Shown piece by piece: positions 30,576-40,473 of a DNA stretch of 64,000 bases (positions are counted from its first letter, which is position 1; each line of letters opens with the position of its first letter). The notes beneath the pieces are model-generated. The model made no database searches. It was not told the origin of the DNA and saw only the letters and a program-made list of their open reading frames with translations. The translations under genes and the position numbers were made by a program. This DNA comes from a bacterium (GTDB lineage: Bacteria; Patescibacteriota; Patescibacteriia; UBA9934; GWF2-40-263), in NCBI GenBank assembly GCA_021789915.1, contig JAJYIV010000001.1, forward strand, positions 375 to 64,374. The letters are read 5' to 3'.

Positions 30576-30929
30576 ATGGACCTCTTCTGGAACATCGCCT
30601 GGGGTTCACTCCCCGTTCTGTACGTCGGCCTGATCGCGTACCGCATCTTCGTCCGCGGTCCACGCGTCGAACGAGAGCGGATCGTCCTCAACGGTCTTTT
30701 GGACGGTCGGAAACGGACGGAGCAGCAAATCATCGCCTTCGTCGTCGACTGGCATGAGATGGAGGCGGGGAAAAAGAGGATGCGGCCGAAACACGCGTGG
30801 CCGGCGCGTCCCGTCCTGCGGCGGTTGGAAGGCAAGAATGCCGTCCGACGCATCCGCCGGAACGGGCGCGACGTCTACCGCCTCGGCCCCGCCGGCAAGC
30901 TGGTGCACGCGCAATCGTTCGACCTCTGA
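30576..30929 (+). CDS. small membrane-anchored protein with possible winged-helix C-terminus
   Basis: GGAGG RBS; N-terminal TM; LRRLEGKNAV...YRLGPAG. Confidence 0.55.
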   Translation: MDLFWNIAWGSLPVLYVGLIAYRIFVRGPRVERERIVLNGLLDGRKRTEQQIIAFVVDWHEMEAGKKRMRPKHAWPARPVLRRLEGKNAVRRIRRNGRDVYRLGPAGKLVHAQSFDL

Positions 30930-30979
30930 CGCCTCCCCGGCGTCTTTTTTCTTCCAGACGCGAAGAAAATCCCGCCCTC

Positions 30980-31570
30980 TCAAGGCGAGGGGCGGGCGTG
31001 GCGGCGGGCGGCGGCGCGCGCCATGTGCAGGCGGCGCAGCGGATCGAAGACGCGGCGCTTGAACGCCGGGGACAGCAGGGCGCCGACGGCAAGCACCGTG
31101 CCGGGCAGATGGCGCAGGCGGGCGAAGAACGGGCGGCCCATGGCCGAGTCGAACGCGACAGGCTCGACGCGCGCGTTCGGCAAGAGGAAGCGGCACAGGA
31201 TCCGCACGCGGTCCTGCCGCGCGTACTCGCAGAAGACGACGGCTCTGACTTCCCGTCCCTCGCACCGGACCAGCCCCTCAAGGTTCCCCAGGAGATCCGT
31301 CCCCTCGATATGCTTGACGAGGAAGCGGTCCGGCTCAACCCTGTTGAGATCCAGCAGCCAGCGTACGGCCCGCTCCATTTCGGCCGCCTCGGTCACCGAA
31401 GGCCGCATCGGATCGGTCGCGCCGCCGGCGAGATACAGACGCAGCGGGCCGGGCGCGCGTCTGGCAATGCGCACGACGCGAGAAAGGTATCGGAGGGAAA
31501 GCTCGTCCGACATGATGTCCAAAGGGACACCGTATCCGTTCACGCAAAAGACCGCAGGCAGCGCATCCAT
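30980..31570 (-). CDS. YdcF/DUF218-like protein
   Basis: YLAGGAT...TEAAEM motif; AGGAGG RBS. Confidence 0.6.
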   Translation of the reverse strand: MDALPAVFCVNGYGVPLDIMSDELSLRYLSRVVRIARRAPGPLRLYLAGGATDPMRPSVTEAAEMERAVRWLLDLNRVEPDRFLVKHIEGTDLLGNLEGLVRCEGREVRAVVFCEYARQDRVRILCRFLLPNARVEPVAFDSAMGRPFFARLRHLPGTVLAVGALLSPAFKRRVFDPLRRLHMARAAARRHARPSP

Positions 31571-31837
31571 GGCGTCCTCCTGCCCATATTTCACGCTGCC
31601 CGGCTCATGGCGTCAAGCCTTTGCATGCCGTCAAAATCCTTTGTTGAACAAACTTTTTGGGTTCTCTGCTTGAACACGATTTGTCCCCATGAGGTCATCA
31701 ACGCGCCGAGCGCACTTGATGAATTCACGTGTTCATGACAAGATAAAGCCCGTCCGTGCAATAATGGTTTCGGAGGAAGAGGGGATGAAAGACTTTGCAC
31801 CGCAGGCAGGTTTTCAAAAATTCTAATCATTTATCCT

Positions 31838-32059
31838 ATGACAAAGGTCAAGGACCATACGCAGAGCAAGCTGGCGGAGAATATCAAAAAGCACCGAGCC
31901 AAGCTCGGCATTTCGCAAGACAAGCTGTCCAAGCTGGCAGATGTCACCTACAACACCATCATCAAGCTCGAATCCGGGGCAAATGAGAATCCGACCATTA
32001 CGACCCTGCTGAAAATCGCGCTGGCGCTCAATACCGGCGTGGACGAACTGATCAAGTAA
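31838..32059 (+). CDS. XRE-family helix-turn-helix regulator
   Basis: ISQDKLSKLADVTYNTIIKLESG..NPTITTL. Confidence 0.92.
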   Translation: MTKVKDHTQSKLAENIKKHRAKLGISQDKLSKLADVTYNTIIKLESGANENPTITTLLKIALALNTGVDELIK

Positions 32060-32082
32060 AACCGCCGGAAGGCGGTTTTCTC
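32058..32082. terminator. bidirectional terminator
   Basis: AAAACCGCC-ggaa-GGCGGTTTT between converging genes. Confidence 0.75.
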
Positions 32083-32083
32083 T

Positions 32084-32434
32084 TCAGGCTTGATCTTCTT
32101 CGTCTTCCATCACGTCCTGAAGACGGCGGCGGGCTGGCAGGCGGCGGCGCGCCTGGACGATCTGGTCTTTTTTCTCGTGGGCGTACTCGATGACGCCCTT
32201 CAGTCCTTCCACCAGGAGCGTCGTCATGGACGTCAGGCTTTCAAAACGGCTCTTCATGGCCGTAATGGCGCTTTCGATGCGCGCGATCTTCTCCTGCGCC
32301 ATCTCCAGCGTATCGTTGACGCTGCGCAAGATGCTGCCCAGCTGCCAGATGAGCCAGAACACGGCGACGGAGAGCCACAGCGCGCAGAACGCCAGCACGA
32401 TGTATAGGATATCGAGCGGGGTAAATGATGGCAT
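32084..32434 (-). CDS. single-TM coiled-coil protein (DUF948-like)
   Basis: AAGGAGG RBS; DILYIVLAFC TM then heptad region. Confidence 0.75.
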   Translation of the reverse strand: MPSFTPLDILYIVLAFCALWLSVAVFWLIWQLGSILRSVNDTLEMAQEKIARIESAITAMKSRFESLTSMTTLLVEGLKGVIEYAHEKKDQIVQARRRLPARRRLQDVMEDEEDQA

Positions 32435-32451
32435 ATCCTCCTTGAAAATGA

Positions 32452-32640
32452 AGCGAGCCGAAGGCGAGCGATTCTACGGAAAACGTAGAACGTAGAATCG
32501 CTCGTCACGGTTGGGGCCGAACTCGCTCGTAGAAACGACGCGGACGAGACGCTTCTACGAGCGAGCCGAAGGCGAGCGGTTCTACGTCTTCTACGTTCTA
32601 CGAGCCCGCCGCAGCCGGGCGATTCCACGTCTTCTACGTC
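32452..32640 (+). repeat. GTAGAA/TTCTAC modular repeat element, copy B
   Basis: same core and modules as copy A; supplies the pheT stop. Confidence 0.85.
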
Positions 32641-35072
32641 CGCATCATAGCATGGAATCGCGACGCAAGCACGTCGCGCAGCTTTCGCATCTCCGTCTCG
32701 ACGTCATCCGAAGACAGCGTGCGGTCGGCGGCACGGAAGACGAGATGCAGGGCGAGCGACTTCTGCCCCGCAGGCACGCCTTCGCCCTCGTACACGTCGA
32801 ACAGCGCGACCTCGTGCAGCAGCGGCGACGCCTCCCGCAGCGCCTGTTCGACGCGGGCGTATTCGATCTTGCGGTCCACGACGAACGCAAGATCGCGCTT
32901 GCTCTCCGGGAACGCCGGGATGGGCCGGTACGCCGTCGACGAGGACGCGTGGCGCACCAGACGGTCGAACGACGCGTCGACCAGGAACGCCGGCTGCTCG
33001 AGCCCGAACGCCGCCGCCGTGGCGCGGGACACCTGCCCGATCATGCCGACATGCTCGTGCTCGCCGATCCACACGGCCGCCGAGCGCATGCGGTGCCAGC
33101 GCGGATCGTCCGTGCCCGAGGCCAGGCGTTCCATCCGCAGCGTGCGGATGCCGAGCGCCGCGGCGAGGCGCTCCAGGGCGCCCTTCGCGCGGCGGAATCC
33201 AACGTCCCCGTCGACGCCGGCGAAGGCCATCGCGAGGCGCAGCGTCTGCGCCGGCAATTCGTCCTTCGACGGCTCATACGCGGGCGCCAGCTCGAACAAA
33301 TCCAGGCGCGGCTGACGGCGCTGGTTGGCCTCGACGACCGTGAGCAGCGACGGGACGAGCGACGGGCGCATGAATTCCTGGTCCGCCGACAGCGGGTTGT
33401 CGATCTTCACGGCCAGATCCGTCGACAGGCCGTAGCGTTCCAATTGCCTGGCCGAGACGAAACTGGAGTTATAGCTCTCCGTCAAGCCCGCGCCGGCCAG
33501 GATCTCCTTCGTCCGGCGCTCCCAGCCGATGAGCGGATCCGCCGGCGCGGCGGCGGCCGTGCTGCACGGCAGCGTGGACGGAATATGGGCGTAGCCGTAC
33601 AGACGGGCGATCTCCTCGACGAAGTCGCGCGGACCTTCGATGTCGTGGTCGCGCCAATACGGCACGGTGCAGCGATAGACGCGGCCTCTCCCTTTTTCCA
33701 AGGGGGAGTCGGATGGGGTTGCCGGCGCCAGCGCGAACCCGAGGCGCTTCAGGAGCGCGACCTGTTCCTTGGCGGGGATTTCCACGCCTATGAGCGCCGA
33801 GGCCTTCTGCGGATCAAACGGGAAGGCGGGCGTCTGATACGGCTTGGTTTCGATCGAGGAAACCTGCGAGGCCACGCGCGCGCCGGCCACGGTGCGCAGC
33901 AATTCGACCGCGCGGGCCAGCGCCGGGCCGGCCGCTTGCGCGGACAGGCCCTTTTCAAACAGCGACGACGCGTCGGTTTGCAGGTTGAGCGCGCGGGCCG
34001 TTCGGCGGATGCTCACCGGATCGAAGACGGCCGACTCGAGCACGACGCGCGTCGTCGCGGCGGTCGTGCCGCTCGCCCGGCCGCCGATCACGCCGGCGAT
34101 CGCCGCGGGCTTGTCGCGGTCGGCGATCACGAGCATGTCCGGCGTGAGCGCGTGGGTTTTCCCGTCCAGAGCCTCGATCGATTCCCCCGCCCGCGCGCGG
34201 CGCACGAAGATGCCGGCTCCGGCGAGCGCACCCGCGTCGAAGGCGTGCAGCGGATGGCCGAGCTCGAGCAGGACGTAGTTCGTAACGTCCACGACGTTGT
34301 TGATCGGCGCATGGCCCGCCAAGAGCAGCGCGCGCTGCAGCCACCACGGCGACGGGCCGACCTTGACGTGATCCAGCACCACGGCCTCGTACTTGGGCGC
34401 GAGCTCCGGCGCGTCCACCGTGACCGGCAGCGTCGGCACGTCGGCCGGGACGGCCGGCAGGCGCTTGGGCTTCCACGTGAACTTCCCGCCCACGGCGGCG
34501 AACCCTTCGCGCGCCTGGCCCACGATGCTCATGCCATCCGGGCGGTTGCCCGTGACTTCGATGTCCAGGATCACGTCGTTCAACCCCAAGGCGTCCGCGA
34601 GCGGCGTGCCCGCCTCGGCGCGCGTGAGCTTCGTCAGATCCCAAATCGGGCGCTCGCCTTCGAGCGCCAGGTCGAAGCCCAGCTCTTCGGGCGCGCAAAT
34701 CATGCCATGGCTCTTCTGTCCGCGGATTTCCGTCTCCTGCAGCACGACCGGCTCCCCTTCCCCGTGCCAGCGCACGGACGATCCCGGCAGGGCGACGGCG
34801 ACGCGCTGATTTTTTTTGAGATTGGTGCCGCCGCACACGATCTGCACCGCGGCCGTGCCGATGTCCACCCGGCAGACGCGCAGCTTGTCGGCGTTGGGAT
34901 GCTTCTCGACGGAATCAATCACGCCGACGACGATGTGGTCGAAGCGCGCGGCGACGTCTTCCATGCGCTCGACGCCGTTGCCGGCGGCCGTCGTGCGGCG
35001 CGCGAACTCCTCGACGGTCAGATCCGTCTTCAGGTATTCGCGGATCCAGTTGTAGGAGGCGAGGAGGTTCAT
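32634..35072 (-). CDS. pheT: phenylalanine-tRNA ligase beta subunit
   Basis: HPNADKL, NRPD, INNVVDVTNYV, GHPLHAFD, EEIARLYGY, RDLAF. Confidence 0.98.
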   Translation of the reverse strand: MNLLASYNWIREYLKTDLTVEEFARRTTAAGNGVERMEDVAARFDHIVVGVIDSVEKHPNADKLRVCRVDIGTAAVQIVCGGTNLKKNQRVAVALPGSSVRWHGEGEPVVLQETEIRGQKSHGMICAPEELGFDLALEGERPIWDLTKLTRAEAGTPLADALGLNDVILDIEVTGNRPDGMSIVGQAREGFAAVGGKFTWKPKRLPAVPADVPTLPVTVDAPELAPKYEAVVLDHVKVGPSPWWLQRALLLAGHAPINNVVDVTNYVLLELGHPLHAFDAGALAGAGIFVRRARAGESIEALDGKTHALTPDMLVIADRDKPAAIAGVIGGRASGTTAATTRVVLESAVFDPVSIRRTARALNLQTDASSLFEKGLSAQAAGPALARAVELLRTVAGARVASQVSSIETKPYQTPAFPFDPQKASALIGVEIPAKEQVALLKRLGFALAPATPSDSPLEKGRGRVYRCTVPYWRDHDIEGPRDFVEEIARLYGYAHIPSTLPCSTAAAAPADPLIGWERRTKEILAGAGLTESYNSSFVSARQLERYGLSTDLAVKIDNPLSADQEFMRPSLVPSLLTVVEANQRRQPRLDLFELAPAYEPSKDELPAQTLRLAMAFAGVDGDVGFRRAKGALERLAAALGIRTLRMERLASGTDDPRWHRMRSAAVWIGEHEHVGMIGQVSRATAAAFGLEQPAFLVDASFDRLVRHASSSTAYRPIPAFPESKRDLAFVVDRKIEYARVEQALREASPLLHEVALFDVYEGEGVPAGQKSLALHLVFRAADRTLSSDDVETEMRKLRDVLASRFHAMMRT

Positions 35073-35461
35073 AGGGGGCGGCATTCGGCGCTCGGCGCTC
35101 GGCGCTCGGATTCAAGAGAAGCAATGAGTCGATTGAGCATGCGCATCACGTCGTCGAGCAATCGAACGGAAGGTTCACCGTCCGACGTTTGGATGAAAGC
35201 AAGTCGTGTCGCGATGAGCAATTGCGTTTCGAGTTCCCCACCGGATCCAAAGGCGATAAGGAGAAACCTACGAAATTCAAAAGGGCTTCCCCGAAGTTTC
35301 CCCTCCGCGATATTTGAAGGAATGGAAATGGCCGACCGACGCATCTGGCTTGCCAAGCCGTATCGTTCCTCTTGGGGGAAAGACGATGTCACGCGATAAA
35401 TCTCCAAAGACAAGGCAACGGACTTCTGCCATACGTCCAAATCCTTGTACGTGTTCCCCAT
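35069..35461 (-). CDS. four-helix-bundle protein (IVS/S23-like, TIGR02436 type)
   Basis: DLDVWQKS, FPQEERYGLASQMRRSAISIPSNIAEG, GS..ELETQL. Confidence 0.95.
   Translation of the reverse strand: MGNTYKDLDVWQKSVALSLEIYRVTSSFPQEERYGLASQMRRSAISIPSNIAEGKLRGSPFEFRRFLLIAFGSGGELETQLLIATRLAFIQTSDGEPSVRLLDDVMRMLNRLIASLESERRAPSAECRPL
35080..35112. repeat. 7-mer tandem array (GCTCGGC)n at 3' end of four-helix-bundle gene
   Basis: ATTCGGC GCTCGGC GCTCGGC GCTCGGA. Confidence 0.8.
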
Positions 35462-35462
35462 A

Positions 35463-35492
35463 CCGAGAGCCGAAAGCCGAGTGCCGAGCGCC
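35463..35492. repeat. 7-mer tandem array (GCCGAGN)n at 5' end of four-helix-bundle gene, inverted relative to 35080-35112
   Basis: ACCGAGA GCCGAAA GCCGAGT GCCGAGC. Confidence 0.8.
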
Positions 35493-35495
35493 TTT

Positions 35496-36551
35496 TTAAA
35501 ACTGTTCGACGAACCGCAAATCATCCCGATACAAGATGCGGATGTCGTCGATCGCCATGCCCTGCCGCATGGTCAACGTACGCTCCACGCCCCAGCCGAA
35601 GGCGAAGCCGGTGTAGACGTCCGGATCCACGCCGCCGGACTTCAGCACGTTCGGATGCACCATGCCGGCGCCGCCGAGCTCCAGCCAGCCGGACTTGCAC
35701 ACGCGGCAGGAACCCCCCCGCCCGCCGCACAGGTCGCAGGAAATGTCGATCTCGAACGACGGTTCGGTAAAACGGAAATGATGAGGCCGCAGGCGCGCGG
35801 CACGCGCGGGGCCGAAATACGCGCGCACGAAATGCTCGAGCACGCCCTTCAGGTCGCCGATCGTCAGGTTCTTGTCCACCATCAATCCTTCAAACTGATG
35901 GAACATCGGCGTGTGCGTCACATCCGACTGGCGGCGGTACACGCGGTTGATGTTGATGAGGCGCAGCGGCAAGACGCCCTTCTCCAGCGCGCGCACCTGC
36001 ACGTTGGTCGTGTGCGGCGTCAGCACGACCTTGCCCTTGGCGCCCTGCGCGGATTGCGTCCTTGTCTCCGCCACGAAGAACGTCTCCCAATCGTCCCGCG
36101 CGGGGTGGTCCTTGGGCATGTTGAGCGCCTCGAACGCGTACCAATCCCAATCGATCTCCGGCGCGCGTACGCGCGTGAACCCAACCGTGGAAAAAATATC
36201 CGTGATCTCGGCGATCGCGGCCGATACGGGATGCAGATGCCCGGCCGCGGGCCACTGCCCGGGCTCCGTGACGTCGATCCACTCGCGCTCCTCGCGCGCG
36301 GCCGATTCGCGCTCGTCCAATGCGGCGCGCGCGGCGGCGAATGCCCGTTCCATCTCCGCCTTTGCCTCATTGGCGGCGCGCCCCGCGGCGGCCCGCTCGG
36401 CCTCCGGCTGCGCGGCGACTTCCGCCATCAGGGCGCCGAGCCTGCCCTTGCGTCCCAAAAACGCGATGCGCACGGCCTCCAGAGCCGGGGCATCCTGCGC
36501 GCCGGCGAGCGCGGCGCGGAACTCCTTCTTCGCATCCTCGAACGAGGGCAT
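35496..36551 (-). CDS. pheS: phenylalanine-tRNA ligase alpha subunit
   Basis: GHLHP, HPARD, HTPMFHQFEG, FRFTEPS, WLELGGAGMVHP, GFAFGWGVER. Confidence 0.97.
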   Translation of the reverse strand: MPSFEDAKKEFRAALAGAQDAPALEAVRIAFLGRKGRLGALMAEVAAQPEAERAAAGRAANEAKAEMERAFAAARAALDERESAAREEREWIDVTEPGQWPAAGHLHPVSAAIAEITDIFSTVGFTRVRAPEIDWDWYAFEALNMPKDHPARDDWETFFVAETRTQSAQGAKGKVVLTPHTTNVQVRALEKGVLPLRLININRVYRRQSDVTHTPMFHQFEGLMVDKNLTIGDLKGVLEHFVRAYFGPARAARLRPHHFRFTEPSFEIDISCDLCGGRGGSCRVCKSGWLELGGAGMVHPNVLKSGGVDPDVYTGFAFGWGVERTLTMRQGMAIDDIRILYRDDLRFVEQF

Positions 36552-36562
36552 AGCATGGGGGA

Positions 36563-37654
36563 TCAGGTCTTGACGCCAAGATGCAGGAAATCGTGGACCG
36601 TGACAAGCAGGATCAGCGCGAGCAGGACGAGAAAACCGATGTTGTGGACGAGGGCTTCCACGCGCTCGTCCGCGGGCTTGCCGCGCAGTTTTTCCATCGC
36701 CAAAAAGAGGATGCGGCCGCCGTCCAGCGCCGGGAACGGCAGCGCATTGATGACGGCGAGATTGGCCGAAAGCACGGCCACGAACGGCAGCACGTAGAGG
36801 ACGCCGAGCTTGGCCACGTCGCCCGTCATGACGGCGATGCCGACCGGACCGGATAGCTCCGCGCTCACCTGGTGCTGGACGATGAGCTGGCGGATCAAGC
36901 CGATCAGGCCGAGCACGACGTCGCGCACCATGCCCGCCGCCCCGGCGAATCCCTGCGCGACGGCGGGACCGAACGGCAGCGAGACGATGCCCGTGGCCAA
37001 CAGGCCGACGCCGACGGCACGGGCGCGGCCGGCGGCCGGGAGCGGCGCGGGGACGAGCGTGAGCGTGCGGACGGACCCGGACGCGGCGCGTACGACCGCC
37101 GTTACGCCGTCGGGGTGCGCCTGAATGTACGCGCGCGCGGCTTCCTCGCCGGCGATCGCCTGGCCGCCCAGCGAGACGAGCGCGTCGCCCGGCCGAATGC
37201 CGGCCTTGTCCGCCGGGCTGCCGGCGACGACCGTCTCGATTTGCAGCTGCGCGTCGCGCACGGAAGCGCCGGCCGGAAGCGCGCCGCCGGAGAGCGCCGA
37301 CGGCGCTCCGATCATGAGGCTGGCCGACAGGACGACGGCCGCGGCCAGGAAATTCATCGCCACGCCCGCGACGAGCACGAGGAAGCGGCGCCAGACCGGC
37401 TTGGAGGCGAAGCTGTCCGGCGCGCGCCGCTCCTCGCCGTTCTCGCCCTTGAGCCGCACGAAGCCGCCGAGCGGGATCCAGTTGACGCTGTACGTCGTGC
37501 CGCCGCGTTTGACGCTCCAGGCGCGCGGCGGAAAGCCGAAGCCGAACTCCTCCACCGCCATGCCCATCTTTTTGGCGACGAAAAAATGCCCGGCCTCGTG
37601 GACGAACACGAGGAAGGACAGGATGGCGAGAAAGAGGATGATGGTCCACATCAT
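36563..37654 (-). CDS. rseP: site-2 (M50) membrane metalloprotease with PDZ domain
   Basis: HEAGH, IPLGGFV, AGVAMN, NALPFPALDGG. Confidence 0.95.
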   Translation of the reverse strand: MMWTIILFLAILSFLVFVHEAGHFFVAKKMGMAVEEFGFGFPPRAWSVKRGGTTYSVNWIPLGGFVRLKGENGEERRAPDSFASKPVWRRFLVLVAGVAMNFLAAAVVLSASLMIGAPSALSGGALPAGASVRDAQLQIETVVAGSPADKAGIRPGDALVSLGGQAIAGEEAARAYIQAHPDGVTAVVRAASGSVRTLTLVPAPLPAAGRARAVGVGLLATGIVSLPFGPAVAQGFAGAAGMVRDVVLGLIGLIRQLIVQHQVSAELSGPVGIAVMTGDVAKLGVLYVLPFVAVLSANLAVINALPFPALDGGRILFLAMEKLRGKPADERVEALVHNIGFLVLLALILLVTVHDFLHLGVKT

Positions 37655-37729
37655 GCGCCTGCTATCGTAGCGTCTGAACGGCCGCGAATCAAGGAAGTAT
37701 ACAAAGAAAAACGCCTCCGCCCGATCGGG

Positions 37730-38491
37730 CTAGAGGCGGCGGGAGACGGCCTCGAAGGTGTGGGCCAGGATGACGCGCTGGTCGGCATCCGGGTAGTCGG
37801 TGACGGTGCGGTAGCCCCAGCCGTCGCGGAACCACCGATAGGACGTGGACGGCGGATTGCGCTTGGTGCGCATCACATAGACGGCGAGGTCGCGCGCCGC
37901 AAAGCCCGCATGGCGGGCGGCAAAGAGCCGCTTGCCGAGCCCCTGTCTCTGGAATTCGGGACGCAGGAAGATCTCGTCCTGGTAGGCGAAGCGCTCGACG
38001 CCCGGGTACATGGCCCGGAGCGTCGCGGCAACGTCCGGCGCGCACACGTGGGCCGCGAGCCCGTGGTTGAGGTGCTCGTCCAGGCCCTCGGGCGTGGCCG
38101 AGAATCCCCAGCAACCGCCGATGACCGCCTCGCCCTGGCGCAGCACGGCGCACACGGCGTCGGGACGGGCCAGCTCTTGGCGCATGTCGGCCAGGATCTG
38201 AGAGATCGGCCAGAAGTCGGCGACCTCGCCGCCGCAGTCGGAACAGCGGCCATCCGGCGGCGCGTCGAGGAAATTCCACTTCTTCGGCGCGCCGGGTCGC
38301 GAGCAAGCGTGGCAGATCTTGCCCTCGCTCCAGGCTCGGTCGGTGCCGAAGACAAGCTGGTAGCACTTGGCGATGGGCCGTGCCTCGCGGTCGAACATGG
38401 GGTCGTCCGGGGAAACCTCGAAGAGGCTGGCGTCAATCGGCAGGGCCGATGACGCCGCGGGATGGTGATCCGTGCCTGCATGCGCATCCAT
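37730..38491 (-). CDS. GNAT-family acetyltransferase with CxxC...CxxC insert
   Basis: DEIFLRPEFQRQGLG; CHAC and CSDC. Confidence 0.8.
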   Translation of the reverse strand: MDAHAGTDHHPAASSALPIDASLFEVSPDDPMFDREARPIAKCYQLVFGTDRAWSEGKICHACSRPGAPKKWNFLDAPPDGRCSDCGGEVADFWPISQILADMRQELARPDAVCAVLRQGEAVIGGCWGFSATPEGLDEHLNHGLAAHVCAPDVAATLRAMYPGVERFAYQDEIFLRPEFQRQGLGKRLFAARHAGFAARDLAVYVMRTKRNPPSTSYRWFRDGWGYRTVTDYPDADQRVILAHTFEAVSRRL

Positions 38492-38593
38492 GGAAGGATC
38501 TCCTGAAAACGGGCTCCAAAACGGTAACAACGGAACGGGGCGGCTGTCAAACTGACGAGACCGAACGAAAAGCGCGGCCAGGACGGCGGCGTC

Positions 38594-39361
38594 TTACGGC
38601 TCGCGGTGCCTGGCGACGTCGGCGGCGTCCATCAGGCGCATCTTGTAGCCAGTGAGTCCGGCGAATTTCCCGAACAGCAGGGCGACGAAGCGCTCGCCCT
38701 GGCGGCTGCGGGCCGGTCGGAAGTCCCGCAGCTTGGAAGGATCCGTAACTTCCTGCGGATCGATGGTCGCGTACACGTGGAAGAACCTCTTGCCTTTCGG
38801 CAGCGCCGTCTTGCGGCGCAATGCTTTCTCCTGGGCGGGGATCAGATCCAGATTTTTCAAGAAGACCTTCAACACGCGCTGAAGCTTCCGCTGCGTCTTT
38901 CCGAACGACGTCTTTGTCCCGGATTCAACTTCGAGCCCGCGCGGAACGAATTGAGTGAGTGGACCCGTGGGCTTCCCGGAAGGCCAGTACAGGATATCCG
39001 CAACTGGAAACGCGGACGCGAGGGCCAAGGTGCGCGGCGTGAGTTTCATCAGGATCAAAATCATGCGGTCATTCGCCCGTGTCTCGTGCAAATCGACGAC
39101 ATAACGATACGGCTTGAATTGGCGCATGAGCTCGAACGCCCGGCGCTCTTCGTACGCCTTTCCTTTTGCCCTGCCGGGGGCGGACCGGTTCAAGTCCGCT
39201 TCGAGGTAGCGCTTGCCGCCGGCCAGCGCCTTCGGATTGCCGATGACGTAATCAAAGAGCGCGGCCGCAGGGGTCAAGGACAGGCGTTCCATCGTTTCTT
39301 TGCCGATCGGTTCGTCCCCATGCGTGCAGGCGACGAAGCAGACCGATGTACGTCTCGGCAT
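38594..39361 (-). CDS. succinylglutamate desuccinylase/aspartoacylase family Zn hydrolase
   Basis: THGDE, GNPKA, DLNRS.PG, YEERRA, VDLH. Confidence 0.85.
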   Translation of the reverse strand: MPRRTSVCFVACTHGDEPIGKETMERLSLTPAAALFDYVIGNPKALAGGKRYLEADLNRSAPGRAKGKAYEERRAFELMRQFKPYRYVVDLHETRANDRMILILMKLTPRTLALASAFPVADILYWPSGKPTGPLTQFVPRGLEVESGTKTSFGKTQRKLQRVLKVFLKNLDLIPAQEKALRRKTALPKGKRFFHVYATIDPQEVTDPSKLRDFRPARSRQGERFVALLFGKFAGLTGYKMRLMDAADVARHREP

Positions 39362-39461
39362 ATAGATAAATGCAACGATGTCCGCATGATAAATCAAGTG
39401 ACGGAAAAAGCCGATACTCCAACATATTACAAAAAGAAAACCGGGTATTCACCCGGTTAGT

Positions 39462-39998
39462 TCATGGGTTGAGCGCCAGGTACCAGTACTCATGATACGT
39501 ACCGGGAGTGGATGAAGTAACCCGAATTCCGGTGCGGAGAAAGCCTGCCCGCTCGTTGACCGCAATGATGCGTTTGTTGTCTGCCCGCATACGTGTCAAG
39601 CAGATTGCGTTAGAAAGGTGGCAACGCACATGGACGATTCCTTCCGACTTCAAGCGACCTGCGATTCCGCGACCTTGGGCCTGAGGATCCACGATGGTAT
39701 CGCGAATCCATACGATTGGGCGCGCATCGAACCGATCTTGGACAAACTGGGCAAGTTTGTCCCCACGTTCGGCTGCAAGTTCACCGAGAGACGGCGTATC
39801 CCACCAACTCGCTCCAAGCAATTGCCCGCCGTCTTCGGCGACGATACAGCAGAAGCCTGGTTTTGTGCTTGCAACCACCCACCGGCGCAGAAGTTCTACC
39901 TCACCCAAGGCTTCATACCAAGGAGGACCCGCAAACGCCCTCCCCATGATGCCTTGAATGACCGAACCTTCGTTGGGATTGAATGAGCGAATGTTCAT
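39462..39998 (-). CDS. GNAT-family acetyltransferase
   Basis: FAGPPWYE, VDPQAQGRGIA, N.RAGF. Confidence 0.85.
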   Translation of the reverse strand: MNIRSFNPNEGSVIQGIMGRAFAGPPWYEALGEVELLRRWVVASTKPGFCCIVAEDGGQLLGASWWDTPSLGELAAERGDKLAQFVQDRFDARPIVWIRDTIVDPQAQGRGIAGRLKSEGIVHVRCHLSNAICLTRMRADNKRIIAVNERAGFLRTGIRVTSSTPGTYHEYWYLALNP

Positions 39999-40282
39999 CA
40001 GACGTGTCCTCTCTTTGGACGCATATGCGTCGCTGGAACTTCAGGCCGCCACCTCACGCATGGCCATCTCGACTGCCTCCTCCGGGGTCGCGTACGGATG
40101 ATGTTGCTCGGATCGCCCATGATCGCCTCGACCGAACCGTCGCTCGTGAGACGACGCAGGATGCGATCGCGCAACTCGAGAAATTCCTCGTCCGGCGACG
40201 TTCCGGTCGCGAACGTTTGCACGTGGCCGTTGCCGAAGAGCCGCACAACCGCGCCGCGTTCCGCCACGATCGGCCCATTCAT
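39998..40282 (-). CDS. small hypothetical protein
   Basis: stop overlaps the start of the downstream GNAT; AGAGAGGA RBS for that gene lies inside it. Confidence 0.4.
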   Translation of the reverse strand: MNGPIVAERGAVVRLFGNGHVQTFATGTSPDEEFLELRDRILRRLTSDGSVEAIMGDPSNIIRTRPRRRQSRWPCVRWRPEVPATHMRPKRGHV

Positions 40283-40473
40283 GCCGAAAGGTCGTAATGG
40301 CGCAACAGAACGGGCACGGGGCTGTCGGAATTGAGCCCGACGACGTGTCCGCGTTCTCTGGCCCGCCGAACCGCTGCGGCCATCCCGTCGTCCGTGTACT
40401 GGTACTGAACGTTAATGAGGGTTTTGTCGAGATCAAAAAGGACAAGCATCCGTGTTTCCTCCTGCAGAGAAGC

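Noticed and set aside
35069-35461. Diversity-generating retroelement (Avd-like gene)
   Set aside because: No reverse transcriptase and no adenine-mismatched TR/VR pair seen in the window
35496-37649. 717 aa ORF suggesting an extended or fused PheS
   Set aside because: The upstream part is an alternate frame over rseP; PheS homology begins at 36551
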